Assembly: GCF_009914755.1 (NCBI RefSeq)
Contig: NC_060941.1
Strand: one strand, 5' to 3'
From: the human T2T-CHM13v2.0 reference genome, Homo sapiens
DNA: 64,000 nucleotides
Shown here: positions 1 through 19,015 of the stretch, one piece after another
How positions within the stretch are numbered: position 1 is the first letter of the stretch
How the letters are laid out: each line of letters opens with the position of its first letter
Program-made: the position numbers and the translations under genes
The notes under the pieces: generated by a model
What the model was told of the DNA's origin: nothing
The model's database searches: none
What the model saw: the letters and a program-made list of their open reading frames with translations, nothing else

Positions 1-288
1 AAAAAAAAAAAAAAAAAAAAAAATTGCTGAAGACTTGGCTTCCCTCCCCCATCTCACTGTGCCCCAGGAAAATTCCGTGGCAGTTAGGGGACCTGGCCTG
101 CTGAATGGGTTGGGGCCTTCTCTTGGATCAAGAGTCTCTTATTTGATCGAGGTCTGTTATTAGACTTCCTCATTCTTTCTCAGACCTCAGGCTGCATGGT
201 GGCAGCTGATGAAAATATCCAAAAGATGAGAAGAGACAATTGAGTCTGGTGAGGGAAAGGGGAGACAGAGGGTGAAGTGGTGCTCAAG

Positions 289-742
289 ATGGATGCAGAG
301 TACTCTGGGAATGAGTTCCCCAGGTCAGAAGGAGAAAGAGACCAACATCAGAGACCTGGAAAGGAAAGGAAGAGTGGGGAGGCAGGATGGGGCACAGGTG
401 AGCTGGGACAAGATGGGAGACTGCTGTCCTCCACCCTCTCCCTCAGTAGTAACAGGTCCTTGGGCCAGCGCCAGAACTCTCCGCTGCCCTTTCAATGGAG
501 AATCACACACAGCTTCCGCTGGATGGCCCAGGTGTTGGCCTCTGAGCTCAGCCTGGTTGCCTTTATCCTACTATTGGTCGTGGCCTTCTCCAAGAAATGG
601 CTGGACCTCTCTAGGAGCCTCTTCTACCAGCGCTGGCCCGTGGATGTCAGCAACAGAATCCACACATCAGCCCACGTTATGTCCATGGGGCTCCTGCACT
701 TTTACAAATCCAGGAGCTGTTCTGACTTAGAGAATGGGAAAG
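289..742 (+). CDS. ODF4: ODF4 coding exon 1 (outer dense fiber of sperm tails 4)
   Basis: ATG at 289 gives MDAEYSGNEFPRSEGERDQHQ...SDLENGK, recognised as the ODF4 N-terminus, with a hydrophobic helix (AQVLASELSLVAFILLLVVAF). Donor AAAG|GTGAGC after 742, phase 1. Confidence 0.95.
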
Positions 743-1239
743 GTGAGCCCCTCCACCCCCCATCCCAGCCCAGGCCGCCAGCCTGTCTTGGCCTCTGTAT
801 CTGCACCCTGGATGTATTCTTGTTCCCTCTTTCTGGTCATCTTTACTTTTTGGCCTGCAAGATGGTTCCACTGGCACTGAGACCTCCGATGATCGTTTCT
901 CATCCTGTAGCCTGGCTAAATAGATTTGATTGGTGCAATGGAAAATGTCACTGCTTTTGATAAAACCCAGAGCCAAATCTGTGCTTCTAAGAATGCTGTG
1001 AGAGAGTTGGGCATGGTGCTGCACACCTGTAGTCTCAGCTATCCAGGAGGCTGAGGTGGGAGGATTGCTTGGGCCCAAGAATTTGAGTCCAGCCTGGGCA
1101 ATTTAGTGAGACTCCTGTCTCAAAAAAAAAAAAAAAAAAATCAGGCTGGGCACTGCGTCTCACACCTGTAATCCCAGCACTTTGGGAGGCCAAAGCAGGC
1201 AGATCACCTAAGGTTGGGAGATCGAGACCATCCTGGCTA

Positions 1240-1459
<220 letters not shown>

Positions 1460-2300
1460 TCAGCACAAGAGAATCATTCATTAATCGCCTAATTTACCAG
1501 GGACAAGAGCCCCAGTGAGATGGGGGTTTCCTTAGTCTTGTGTACCCAGAGCTTTGAGAGGACTCCTTGCAATGTCCCCTCTCAGGCCCTGATCCCACAC
1601 ATTCTCCTTTCCTTCTGCCTCAGGCCTTGCTTTTCTGGATCATTTTCCTTTTTCCACATCTGGCTTCTGTGTTCCTTCTTTCCCTGAATTCTTGCAGCTG
1701 CTTCATTCCTCATCCTTGTTTTTTTCTGTTTGTTTCGCTGATTTTTTTAGAGACAAGGTCTCACTCTGTCACCCAGGCTGGAGTACAGTGGTGCAATCAT
1801 AGCTCACTGCAGCCTCGAACTTCCAGGCTCAAGGGATCCTCCTGCTTTAACTTCCGGAGAAGCTCAGACTACAGGCCGTGGCCACCACACCTGGTTCTTA
1901 TTGTTGTTAGTCTCTGGTTATGCTGTTCCCTCACCCCTCAGGAATTTGGAGTTCTTTCCCTGCTCCTGGGGAAAACCAGAGCTTTTGACCCTTATTTCCA
2001 TTTTTTCACTCTCCTTAGCATGAAAAAAATCACACAGCTATTATTTTCTGAAAGTATTATGTCCTTATCATATGAATATGAAAATATTCATATAATGAAT
2101 TATGAAAGCATTATGAAAATATTATGTCCTTATTATAATAAATTTGGGGAAACAAAAGCTATCCTTTATTGTACACTTACTCCATTTGTTCAATTTAGTC
2201 CTTAGTCAATCCTAAGGGATAGGGATAATTATCCCTATTTTAGAGATGAGAAAATTGGGACTCAGAGAGATTAAGTACCTTGCTCAGGGTCATAAAGCTA

Positions 2301-2381
2301 TTTAGATTGAACCAAATGACATGCTAATATTTGACTGCTTTTCACCTACAAAAGGAGAATTTCACATGGATCAACCTAATA
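2301..2381. mobile_element. MADE2-like mariner MITE inserted in a MIR
   Basis: About 80 bp with terminal inverted repeats ttagattgaacca...tggatcaacctaat. MIR-like flank (tattttagagatgagaaaattgggactcagagag). Confidence 0.6.
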
Positions 2382-3553
2382 ATGGCAGGGTTGGAATTGC
2401 AACTCAGGTGTGCCTGGCTCTAAAACTCACATAGGCGCCTTGCTCTACGGAGTTACTCAAAGACAGCCAGGCTTTTTATTTTTATTTATTTATTTATTTG
2501 AGACAGAGTCTTGCTTTGTTGCCCAGGCTGGAATGCAGTTGCGGTCTCAGGTCACTGCAACCTCTGCCTCCCGGTTTCAAGCGATTATCCTGCCTCAGCC
2601 TCCCAAGTAGATGGGATTACAGGCGCCCACCACCATGCCCAGCTAATTTTTGTATTTTTAGTAGAGACGGAGTTTCACCATGTTGGCCAGGCTGGTTTTG
2701 AACTCCTGACCTCAGATGATCCGCCTGCCTCGGCCTCCCAAAGTGCCTCGGCTCACGGATTACAGGCGTGAGCCACCGCATCCGGCCAAACATCACTGAT
2801 TTTTAAAATTTATTTAATTAGGATTAGGTGTGTATAAACAGTGAAAATTCAAAGAATACAAAAGATTGTATACTGAAGTGAGTCTGTTATCTCTTAGTAT
2901 CCAGTCTCCCTCCCTAGTTTCTCCTGTTTCTTTCCAGAGACACTCTATTCAGAGACAAGCATCTATTTTTATTTTTATTTTGAGACAGTGTCTCACTCCG
3001 TCACCCAGGATGGACTGCAGTGGTGTGATTGTAGTTTATTGCACTGCAGCCTCAAACTGCTGGGCCCAAGTGATCCTCCCACCTTGAAGCTCCCAAGTAG
3101 CTGGCACCACAGATGCCACCATGCCTGGCTACTTTTTTTTTTTTAATTTGTAGAGACCAGGGTCTCCCTCTGTTGCCCAGGCTGGTCTCCAACTCCTGGG
3201 CTCAAGTGATTCTCCTGCCTCCACCTCCCAAAGTGTTGGGATTACCGGTGTGAGCCATTGTGCCCAGTCTATCACCTATCACCATTTTAAATGAACACAC
3301 AATAACACAATGTATGGGGATAGTATAATTTATTTTACAAATCTCTTCTAAATCAAGGAGCTTATTGGACATTTTTTTTTTTTTTTGAGATGGAGTCTTG
3401 CTCTGTTGCCCAGGTTGGTGTGCAGTGGCATGATCTCGGCTCAGTGCAACCCCTGCTTCCTGGGCTCAAGTGATCCTTCCACCTCAGTTTCCCCAGTAGC
3501 TGAGACTACAGACAGGTGCCACTACACCTGGCTAATTTTTGTATTTTTAGTAG

Positions 3554-3676
<123 letters not shown>

Positions 3677-3990
3677 TAATATCTCTGCAAAGAAGATTCC
3701 TGTACTGAGATTTTGCTGCAGATCTCTGATTATTCCTTAACATAAATTCCAAGAAGAAGCATTGTAGGGTCAAAGAATGTAGATTTTCTGGATCTTTTGT
3801 ACCAGATCATTCACCACAAATGCTGCCCACCAGGAGCGTATGAGAGGACCTCTTTTCTCTACATACTCTCCTATACTAGGTGTTATCAATCTTATTTTGA
3901 TCTTTGCTAATTTGACAGTTTATATATATGTATGTAGAGATGGGGTTTCACCATGTTGGTCAGGATGGTCTCGATCTCCTGACCTCGTGA

Positions 3991-4485
<495 letters not shown>

Positions 4486-5109
4486 TAATTAGCAATTCTT
4501 TGTGTTGAGCTTTATATGTTTATCAGACATTTGTACTCCTTCTTTGGAGAATTGCAGTTTAAGTCCTCTGTACATTTTTTCTGTTGAGGTATTCATTTGC
4601 ATGTGGTTGAGGTTATCAAACAATATCCATATCAAGGATCTCGGATTGTTTAAGAAGTGAAAGCAATATTTCATTTTTATTTCAAATGTGCATTTCTCTG
4701 ATTATTAATGGGTCTGTACATTTTCTTTCTGTCTTTTTTGTTTTTTGTTTTTTGCAGGCGGCGTCTCGCTCTGTTGCCCAGGCTGGAGTGCAGTGGCTCA
4801 CCACAACCTCCGCTTCCCAGGTTCAAGCGATTCTCCTGCCTCAGCCTCCGGAGTAGCTGAGACTACAGGCATGCACCACCATGCCCAGCTAATTTTTGTA
4901 TTTTTAGTAGAGACGGGGTTTCGCTATGTTGGCCAGGCTGGTCTTGAACTCCTGACCTTGTGATCCACCTGCCTCGGCCTCCCAACGTGCTAGGATTACA
5001 GGCGTGAGTCACCGCGCCTGGCGGTACATTTTCTTGTATTTGCTCATTTGATTATGTTTCATCTTTTGTAAATCCTTAGTTGATCTTGTTTGTTTGTCAT
5101 TTTCCCCAG

Positions 5110-5279
5110 GCAGTTTTAAGCTGTGGACAATCAGCCCATGTTTAAGGTGGCTAAGTTAAGCTTCAACCTGACCCTGGGGCTGGGCCTCGTCCTCACCATC
5201 TGGTTGCACCTGCCCTACCTGCCCGCTGTTCAAAAATTGCCCTTTGTGGGCTTCGGGACCATCTTGAGCTTCTGTGAAG
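5110..5279 (+). pseudogene. ODF4: Frameshifted relic coding exon of ODF4 (pseudoexon)
   Basis: tttccccag acceptor, 170 nt, GAAG|GT donor. Reads GSFKLWT, then after a 1-nt slip at about 5129 NQPMFKVAKLSFNLTLGLGLVLTIWLHLPYLPAVQKLPFVGFGTILSFCE. Both ends are phase 1, like the flanking exons. Confidence 0.8.
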
Positions 5280-5579
5280 GTGCCTCCTAGCTCTGGAAAG
5301 GTCCTTTGTTTTCCTAACCCCCATCTTCCTGGGCACTTCTCCCTCTTCTTTGGGGGTGGTATGAGGGTTTTGTGGGTGGTGGGAGAACAGAACCGAGAAT
5401 CGAGTTACATCATTTCTTGGTCACAGGAGAGGTAGAAATGCAGGGGTTGACTCCTGGAACCTCAGGGCCAGTCACTCTGTGTGTGGTGATGTGGTTTGTG
5501 GCTGTAGCCTAGCAGATGAGGAAGAACCTCCTGTGGGACTCTTGTATGACAATGAGACCCTCTGCCTCCTGTCTCCTAG

Positions 5580-5714
5580 TCACCTTCATCTTCTCCACCC
5601 TCATGCTATTCCCCATTAACATCTGGATCTTCGAGTTGGAAAGGAATGTATCCATCCCCATAGGCTGGAGCTATTTCATTGGTTGGCTGGTGCTTATCCT
5701 ATACTTCACCTGCG
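5580..5714 (+). CDS. ODF4: ODF4 coding exon 2
   Basis: Acceptor tctcctag at 5579 and donor CG|GTGAGT. 135 nt, phase 1 to 1. Encodes (V)TFIFSTLMLFPINIWIFELERNVSIPIGWSYFIGWLVLILYFTC, including a claudin-like GWSY motif. Confidence 0.95.
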
Positions 5715-5904
5715 GTGAGTGGCCAGAGGGCCCTGGGGGAAGGAAGCGACATGGGTAGGGTAGGGCAGGGAAAGTGTGGAGGGAAGAGGCTGGCAATCCC
5801 CAGGGCTAGATTTTTAGGGTCTTATCTTCCCTTTGGTCTCACCCTACTTGTCACTTAACCTCCCAGTCACAACTTTCCTCTCCCCTGTCCCTGTCCTTTC
5901 CCAG

Positions 5905-6089
5905 CGATCCTTTGCTACTTCAACCATAAAAGTTTCTGGAGTCTGATTCTGAGCCACCCCAGTGGTGCCGTGTCCTGCAGCAGCAGTTTCGGCTCAGTAG
6001 AAGAATCTCCAAGGGCACAGACGATCACAGACACCCCCATCACCCAGGAGGGAGTCCTGGATCCTGAGCAGAAGGATACACATGTGTAA
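5905..6089 (+). CDS. ODF4: ODF4 coding exon 3 (to stop)
   Basis: Polypyrimidine tract plus cccag acceptor. Encodes (A)ILCYFNHKSFW...QKDTHV-TAA. 454+135+185 = 774 nt = 257 aa. Confidence 0.95.
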
Positions 6090-6256
6090 TCTTTTCTGAA
6101 CTCCTGGCACCAAGTTCTGTCCATTCATCTGACCCCATCTCCTCATCCTCCCCCAGCCCTTGAATAGGTTGGTCCTCATCATTGCAAGGAATGAGAAAGG
6201 GAGGATTTTGCACTCCTCTGCTTTCTCCCTGCCTTGATTGAGCTTGAGTGATGTGG

Positions 6257-6262
6257 AATAAA
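6257..6262 (+). terminator. ODF4: ODF4 polyadenylation signal AATAAA
   Basis: First AATAAA about 170 nt after the stop, followed by U/GU-rich sequence. Confidence 0.8.
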
Positions 6263-7004
6263 TTGTCCGTCTCTTCTTTCTCATATCTGGCTGTTGTTGA
6301 GGCAAGCTAGAGGAGGAGGGAGAGGAAGGGAGAAAGAACAAGTTTGTTTTCCAGTTCTTCCTGCCCAGGAGCCTTTTGGCACCCGTTAGTGCCTAAACCT
6401 GCCCAACCTCTACCAGAACATACTTGTACATGGGCAAACGCCTCTGGAGAGCTAAACCTCTTTTTACTTTGTTACCCCTGACCCAACATTTGCTAGTTAG
6501 TGGGTGGAGGAGGTAGAGCTGATTAGGAGACAGATATCACTTGCCAACTTGTTGGCTTAAGCATAGTGAAGGATTCAAAAGCCAAATGGCTCAAAGATAA
6601 GAGGCAGGTTAAACAAGGAGCACCACAGCACAAGTGGTCAGCCCAGGTGTGTGTCCTGGGCAGCAGTCCCACCCTCTGTGTCCAGCTCCGATGACAGAGC
6701 GCATAGAGCCTGTGCCCTGGAAACCACCACTACCACCATCCCCCCAGGCTGCTATAGCTTTCCACCCAAGCCTCCCACACCCTCCACCATGTAACAGCAG
6801 GAATAAAACATGGCAACAAAGGAAAGCATTAGGGTTAGGTCCTAAGACCAAAAGGTAAGTTGCATATTTGGGTTTTAAAGTTAGCTTGGGGAATGCTGGC
6901 AATGCCCATCAGGCTTTGGACATGTTGCCCAGAGAGGCCAGCCTCCTAGGAGAGCATCCATAGCTGATCTTGGTCATGTCTATCCCTCCAGATGAAACCA
7001 CAAT

Positions 7005-7917
7005 ACATCCTGCTGATTGGTAGAGCCCAGTGGTCTGTTTTGATAGGGCGCTGATTGGTGCGTTTACAATCCCTGAGCTAGACACAAAGGTTCTCCACGT
7101 CCCCACCAGAGCAGCTAGATACAGAGTGTTGATTGGTGCATTCACAAACCCTGAGCTAGACACAGGGTGCTGATCGGTGTGTTTACAAACCTTGAGCTAG
7201 ATACAGAGTGCCAATTGGTGCATTTACAATCCCTTAGCTAGACATAAAGGTTCTCCAAGTCCCCACCAGACTCAGGAGCCCAGCTGGCTTCACCCAGTGG
7301 ATCCCACACCGGGGCTGCAAGTGGAGCTGCCTGCCAGTCCCGCGCCGTGCGCCCGCACTCCTCAGCCCTTGGGTGGTCGATGGGACTGGGCGCTGTGGAG
7401 CAGGGGGTTGGCGCTCGTCAGGGAGGCTTGGGTCGCACAGGAGCCCACGGAGGGGGTGGGAGGCTCAGGCATGGCGGGCTGCAGGTCCCGAGCACTGCCC
7501 CGCGGGAAGGCAGCTAAGCCCCGGCGAGAAATGGAGCTCAGCGCCGGTGGGCTGGCACTGCTGGGGGACTCAGTACACCCTCCGCAGCCGCTGGTCCGGG
7601 TGCTAAGCCCCTCATTGCCCGGGGCCTGCAGGGTCGGCCGGCTGCTCCGAGTGCAGGGCCCGCCAAGCCCACGCCCACCCGGAACTCCAGCTGGCCCGCA
7701 AGCGCCGCGCGCAGCCCGGGTTCCCGCTCGCGCCTCTCCCTCCACACCTCCCTGCAAGCTGAGGGAGCCGACTCCGGCCTTGGCCAGCCCGGAAAGGGGC
7801 TCCCACAGTGCAGCGGTGGGCTGAAGGGCTCCTCAAGTGCCGCCAAAGTGGGAGCCCAGCCAGAGGAGGCGCCGAGAGCAAGGGCTGTGAGGACTGCCAG
7901 CACGCTGTCACCTCTCA
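7005..7917 (-). mobile_element. LTR12 family (HERV9, LTR12C-like) LTR, U3 portion only, 3'-truncated
   Basis: Minus strand starts TGAGAGGTGACAGCGTGCTGGCAGTCCTCACAGCCC, has a GC-rich body, then about 41-bp CCAAT/GATA tandem repeats. It stops at ccaatcagcaggatgt, before TATA/R/U5. Confidence 0.9.
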
Positions 7918-7960
7918 CAGGGACAAATTGTGAGTGGATCAGGTATGTTAAAAATATATG

Positions 7961-8280
<320 letters not shown>

Positions 8281-8293
8281 GTATATGATCGAC

Positions 8294-12575
<4,282 letters not shown>

Positions 12576-12593
12576 AAAATTTATTTTAATTGA

Positions 12594-12820
12594 ATGTCTT
12601 GGTCCATTTGTGCTCTATAACAAAGTACCTGAGATTGGATAATTTATAAAAAACAGAAATTTATTTTTCACAGTTCTAGAATCCGGGAACTTTAAGATCA
12701 AGGCACCAGCAGACTCAGTGTCTAGTGAGGGCTTGCTCTCTGTTTCCAAGATGGTGCCTTCTTGTTGTGTTTTCACATGGCGGAAGAGAGGGAAGGGCCA
12801 AGCAAGTCTCTGAAGCCTTA
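12594..12820. mobile_element. MaLR LTR fragment (MST/MLT1-type)
   Basis: ataacaaagtacctgagattggataatttataaaaaacagaaatttatttttcacagttctaga...aagatcaaggcaccagcag. Confidence 0.7.
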
Positions 12821-12834
12821 TTTTAAAAAATTAG

Positions 12835-13685
12835 GGCCAGGTGTGGTGGCTCACGCTTGTAATCCCAGCACTTTGGGAGGCCGAGGCAGGCAGATCACCT
12901 GACGTCAGGAGTTTGAGACCAGCCTGGCCAACATGGTGAAACCCCGTCTCTACTCCAACCCAGGCTGGAGTGCAATGGCGCGATCTTGACTCACCACAAC
13001 CTCCGCTTTCATGCGCGTCCGTGTGAAGAGACCACCAAATAGGCTTTGTGTGAGCAATAAAGCTGTTTATTTCACCTGGGTGCAGGTGGGCTGAGTCCGA
13101 AAAGAGTCAGCAAAGGGTGGTGGATTATCATTAGTTCTTATAGGTTTTGGGATAGGCAGTTAAGAAGTTAAGAGCAATGTTTTGCGGGCAGGGGTGGATC
13201 TCACAGAGTACATTCTCAAGGGTGGGGAAAATTACAAAGAACCTTCTTAAGGGTGGGGGAGATTACAAAGTACCTTCTTAAGGGTGGGGGAGATTACAAA
13301 GTACATTGATCAGTTAGGGTGGGGCAGGAACAAATCACAATGGTGGAATGTCATCAGTTAAAGCTATTTTTACTTCTTTTGTGGATCTTCAGTTACTTCA
13401 GGCCATCTGGATGTATACATGCAAGTCACAGGGGATGCGATGGCTTGGCTTGGGCTCAGAGGCCTGACACCGCCTCCTGGGTTCAAGTGATTCTCCTGCC
13501 TCAGCCTCCTGAGTAGCTGGGATTATAGGCATGTGCCACCACGCCCCGCTAATTTTGTATTTTTAGTAGAGACAGGGTTTCTCCATGTTGGTCAGGCTGG
13601 TCTCGAACTCCCGACCTCAGGTGATCCGCCCACCTTGGCCTTCCAAAGTGCTGGGATTACAGGCAGGAGCCACCGCACCCAGCCT
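12835..13685. mobile_element. Fused inverted Alu pair: + left arm 12835-12955 joined to - Alu 12959-13685 (split by the LTR)
   Basis: ...accccgtctctactccaacc|caggctggagtgcaatggcg... with neither poly(A) tail present. Confidence 0.8.
13007..13469 (-). mobile_element. HERV-H solo LTR (LTR7B-like, type II repeats) inserted in an Alu
   Basis: Minus strand runs TGTCAGGCCTCTGAGCCCAAGCC...ACACGGACGCGCATGAAA, with internal repeats of ctttgtaatctcccccacccttaagaagg. Flanking ccgc duplication. Confidence 0.92.
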
Positions 13686-13965
13686 AGGATTGGGTATTCT
13701 TTCTTCCTTACCTATTTGGTGTATTGTGTCAGCTTAGCTAAACTGCAACTATTTTCCAGAAGTCTCTTCCTGCAGTGTTTCAGGTTAGCTTGAGCCACAG
13801 AGATATTTGGTAGGAGATTTGGAAGTGGATGTGGAGCATTTAATTACTAGTGTTAATTCCCTGTGCCACAGTAACGACATTCAAGGTGGTGGCTGATCTG
13901 TCACCCTGGGTGCTGGAATGAGGAGACATGGAGAGGAGCCCACAGCAGATACTTGATGGATAGGT

Positions 13966-14360
13966 AGTGCTATGGACTAAACCGTTTCTCCCTGAAATTT
14001 GTATGTTGAAGCCTTTACTCCCAATGTGGCTGTATTTGGAGATAGGGCTTTTTAGGAGGTAATTAGGGTTAAATCACGTCATAAGGGTGGGAGCCCTATC
14101 CGATAGGATTAGTGGTTCTTTATAAGAGACACCAGAGCTGTTTCTTTCTCTCTGCAAACATGCACTGAAGAAAGGCCGTGTGAGGACATAGCTAGATGGC
14201 AGCTGTCTTTGAGCTAGGAAGGAAGCCCTCCCCAAAAACGGAATCAGCCAGAACCTGGATCTTGAATTTCTTGCCTCCAGAATTGTGAGAAAAATAATTC
14301 TGTTATTTAAGGCGCCCAGTCTATGGACTTTTGCAATGGCAGCCTGAGCAGACCAAGACA
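13966..14360 (+). mobile_element. MLT1A-like MaLR solo LTR
   Basis: tgctatggactaaa...tatgttgaagcc...ccaatgtggctgtatttggagataggg...gcctccagaattgtgag...ccaagaca. Confidence 0.8.
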
Positions 14361-15065
14361 CACGGTGTGGGTGAGAATTTAACCTGGTTATTGTAAGCAT
14401 CTAGGATTTTAGGGTTGCTTATTACCTTAGCATTACTGAGACTGCTGATGGACACAACTTCTTTGGCTAAAGGGAAGATAAAAATAGACTGAAACTAAAA
14501 TTGTTCTGCTTTACAAAGACAACTCCCGATCCGCAGACCTCAATTTGAATTACAATCAGACAGCAAGGCTTGAAGAGGCTGGCAATATTCCATCAGAGAG
14601 AACAATAAATGTATGAAGTCTGAATAATGAAGGAAACATTTACAAATACACTTGACAGAAGAAGAAGGGAGGCAGGGTGGTGGCTCACGCCTGGAAGCCC
14701 AGCACTTTCGGAACCCAGGACAGGCAGATTGGTTGAGCTGAGGAATTCGAGATCAGCCTGGGAAACATGGTGAAACCCCGACTCTACAAAAAATACAAAA
14801 ATTAGCCGGGCACGGTTGCACAGGCCTATAGTCCCAGCTACAAGGGAGACTGAGGTGAGAGGAGTGCCTGAGCCCAGGAGGTCAAAGCTTCAGTGAGCCA
14901 AGATCGCACCACTGCACTCCAGCCTGGGTGCCAGAGTAAGACCCTGTCTGAAAACAAACAAACAAACAAAAAAAAAAAAAGAAAAAGAATGTAAAGATTT
15001 TAAGATACAGCACAGTTATGCTTTTGATGATCATGTCTTCGTTCCTCAATATAGATTAGAATTTA

Positions 15066-15521
<456 letters not shown>

Positions 15522-15849
15522 TTAGGTTTTATTAGTTTCCTCAAGTGACTGAGTGCTAAGCATATTGATTTTGATTTTCACAGCACTGGAGTAAGTAAAC
15601 TTTTATCTTGAAAACAGCTTTTTTTTTTTCTTTTAAAAATCTCTATTGTTGTTAGTTCAATAGTTTGTAGTCTCTGGCTGTAGCCAAGATTAGCCAGCCA
15701 GCTCTGAAACAGAGACATAGAAATAGGGTAAATAAAAACCAAGTGTTGGGCCGAGCCCAGCCATGGGGCAGGCTGAGGCAGGAGGATTGCTTGTGGCCAG
15801 TAGTTCAAGATCAGCCTGGACAACATAGTGAGACACTCAAGTGTCTCAA

Positions 15850-17676
<1,827 letters not shown>

Positions 17677-17893
17677 TCAAAAATAAAAATAAAATAAAAA
17701 TAAAGTCCATTATTAAACAACAAAAAAGCACCCCAAAAACCAAGGGCCAAGAAAGAGGGAATATTATTTTTCTTTTCTTTTTTTTTTTTTGGAGACAGAG
17801 TCTCGCTCTGTTGCCCAGGCTGGAGTACAGTGGCGCAATCTCTGCAACCTCTGCCTCCCAGGTTGAAGCGATTCTCGTGCCTCAGCCTACTGA

Positions 17894-18076
<183 letters not shown>

Positions 18077-18553
18077 TAATGGAGAAAACACAAGGCTTAT
18101 GATTTTCTGCTTCCACAAAGCATTTGGCAGAAATAGGCCAGGAATCCCTATTTTGTAGCCAGGGGAAAGGAAGAATTGTTCTCGGTAGGGGACCACTCTC
18201 TAGGGTGAAGCCTGGTCAGTGCCATAGAAACTGTCCTTGGTATTTCTGAGAATTCTGGGTCCATGCTTGGTTAGCTGAGAAACTTGTCAGACACCATATT
18301 CTAGTGAGTGCCTGGAAGATACCTGTGAACAGAAGGGGAAACGACACAAGGCCTGGGGGCTTTCAGGCAGCTTTTGGGATCTGCTACATAAAATGCCAGG
18401 ACTTGAAGACAAGTGACTCTCACTCACATGAATACTGCCTTTGCAGGCCAAAGAGCAAACTGCCAAGTTACTGCCCTGTATTTCCATGTTCAAAGCTGTC
18501 TCTCCTCTTTGGTGGGACCTTGTCAATTCTTCTTTTTTTGGACGTAATTGTAG

Positions 18554-18837
<284 letters not shown>

Positions 18838-18965
18838 TAGGCTGGTCTCGAACTTCTGACCTCATGATCTGCCCACCCTGGCCTCCCAAAGTGCTGGGAT
18901 TACAGGCGTGAGCCACCGCACCCAGGTGCATTGGTTTTATATCTCTCTGTCCCTCTGTCCCTCCC

Positions 18966-18979
18966 TTCTCTCTCTCTCT

Positions 18980-19013
<34 letters not shown>
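18966..19013. repeat. (CT)n(CA)n microsatellite
   Basis: Seen directly. Confidence 0.9.

Positions 19014-19015
<2 letters not shown>

Noticed and set aside
743-960. Extension of the 227-aa ORF 277-960 beyond ODF4 exon 1
   Set aside because: It is read-through past a consensus donor into intron. The GTG start at 277 is also upstream of the real ATG at 289.
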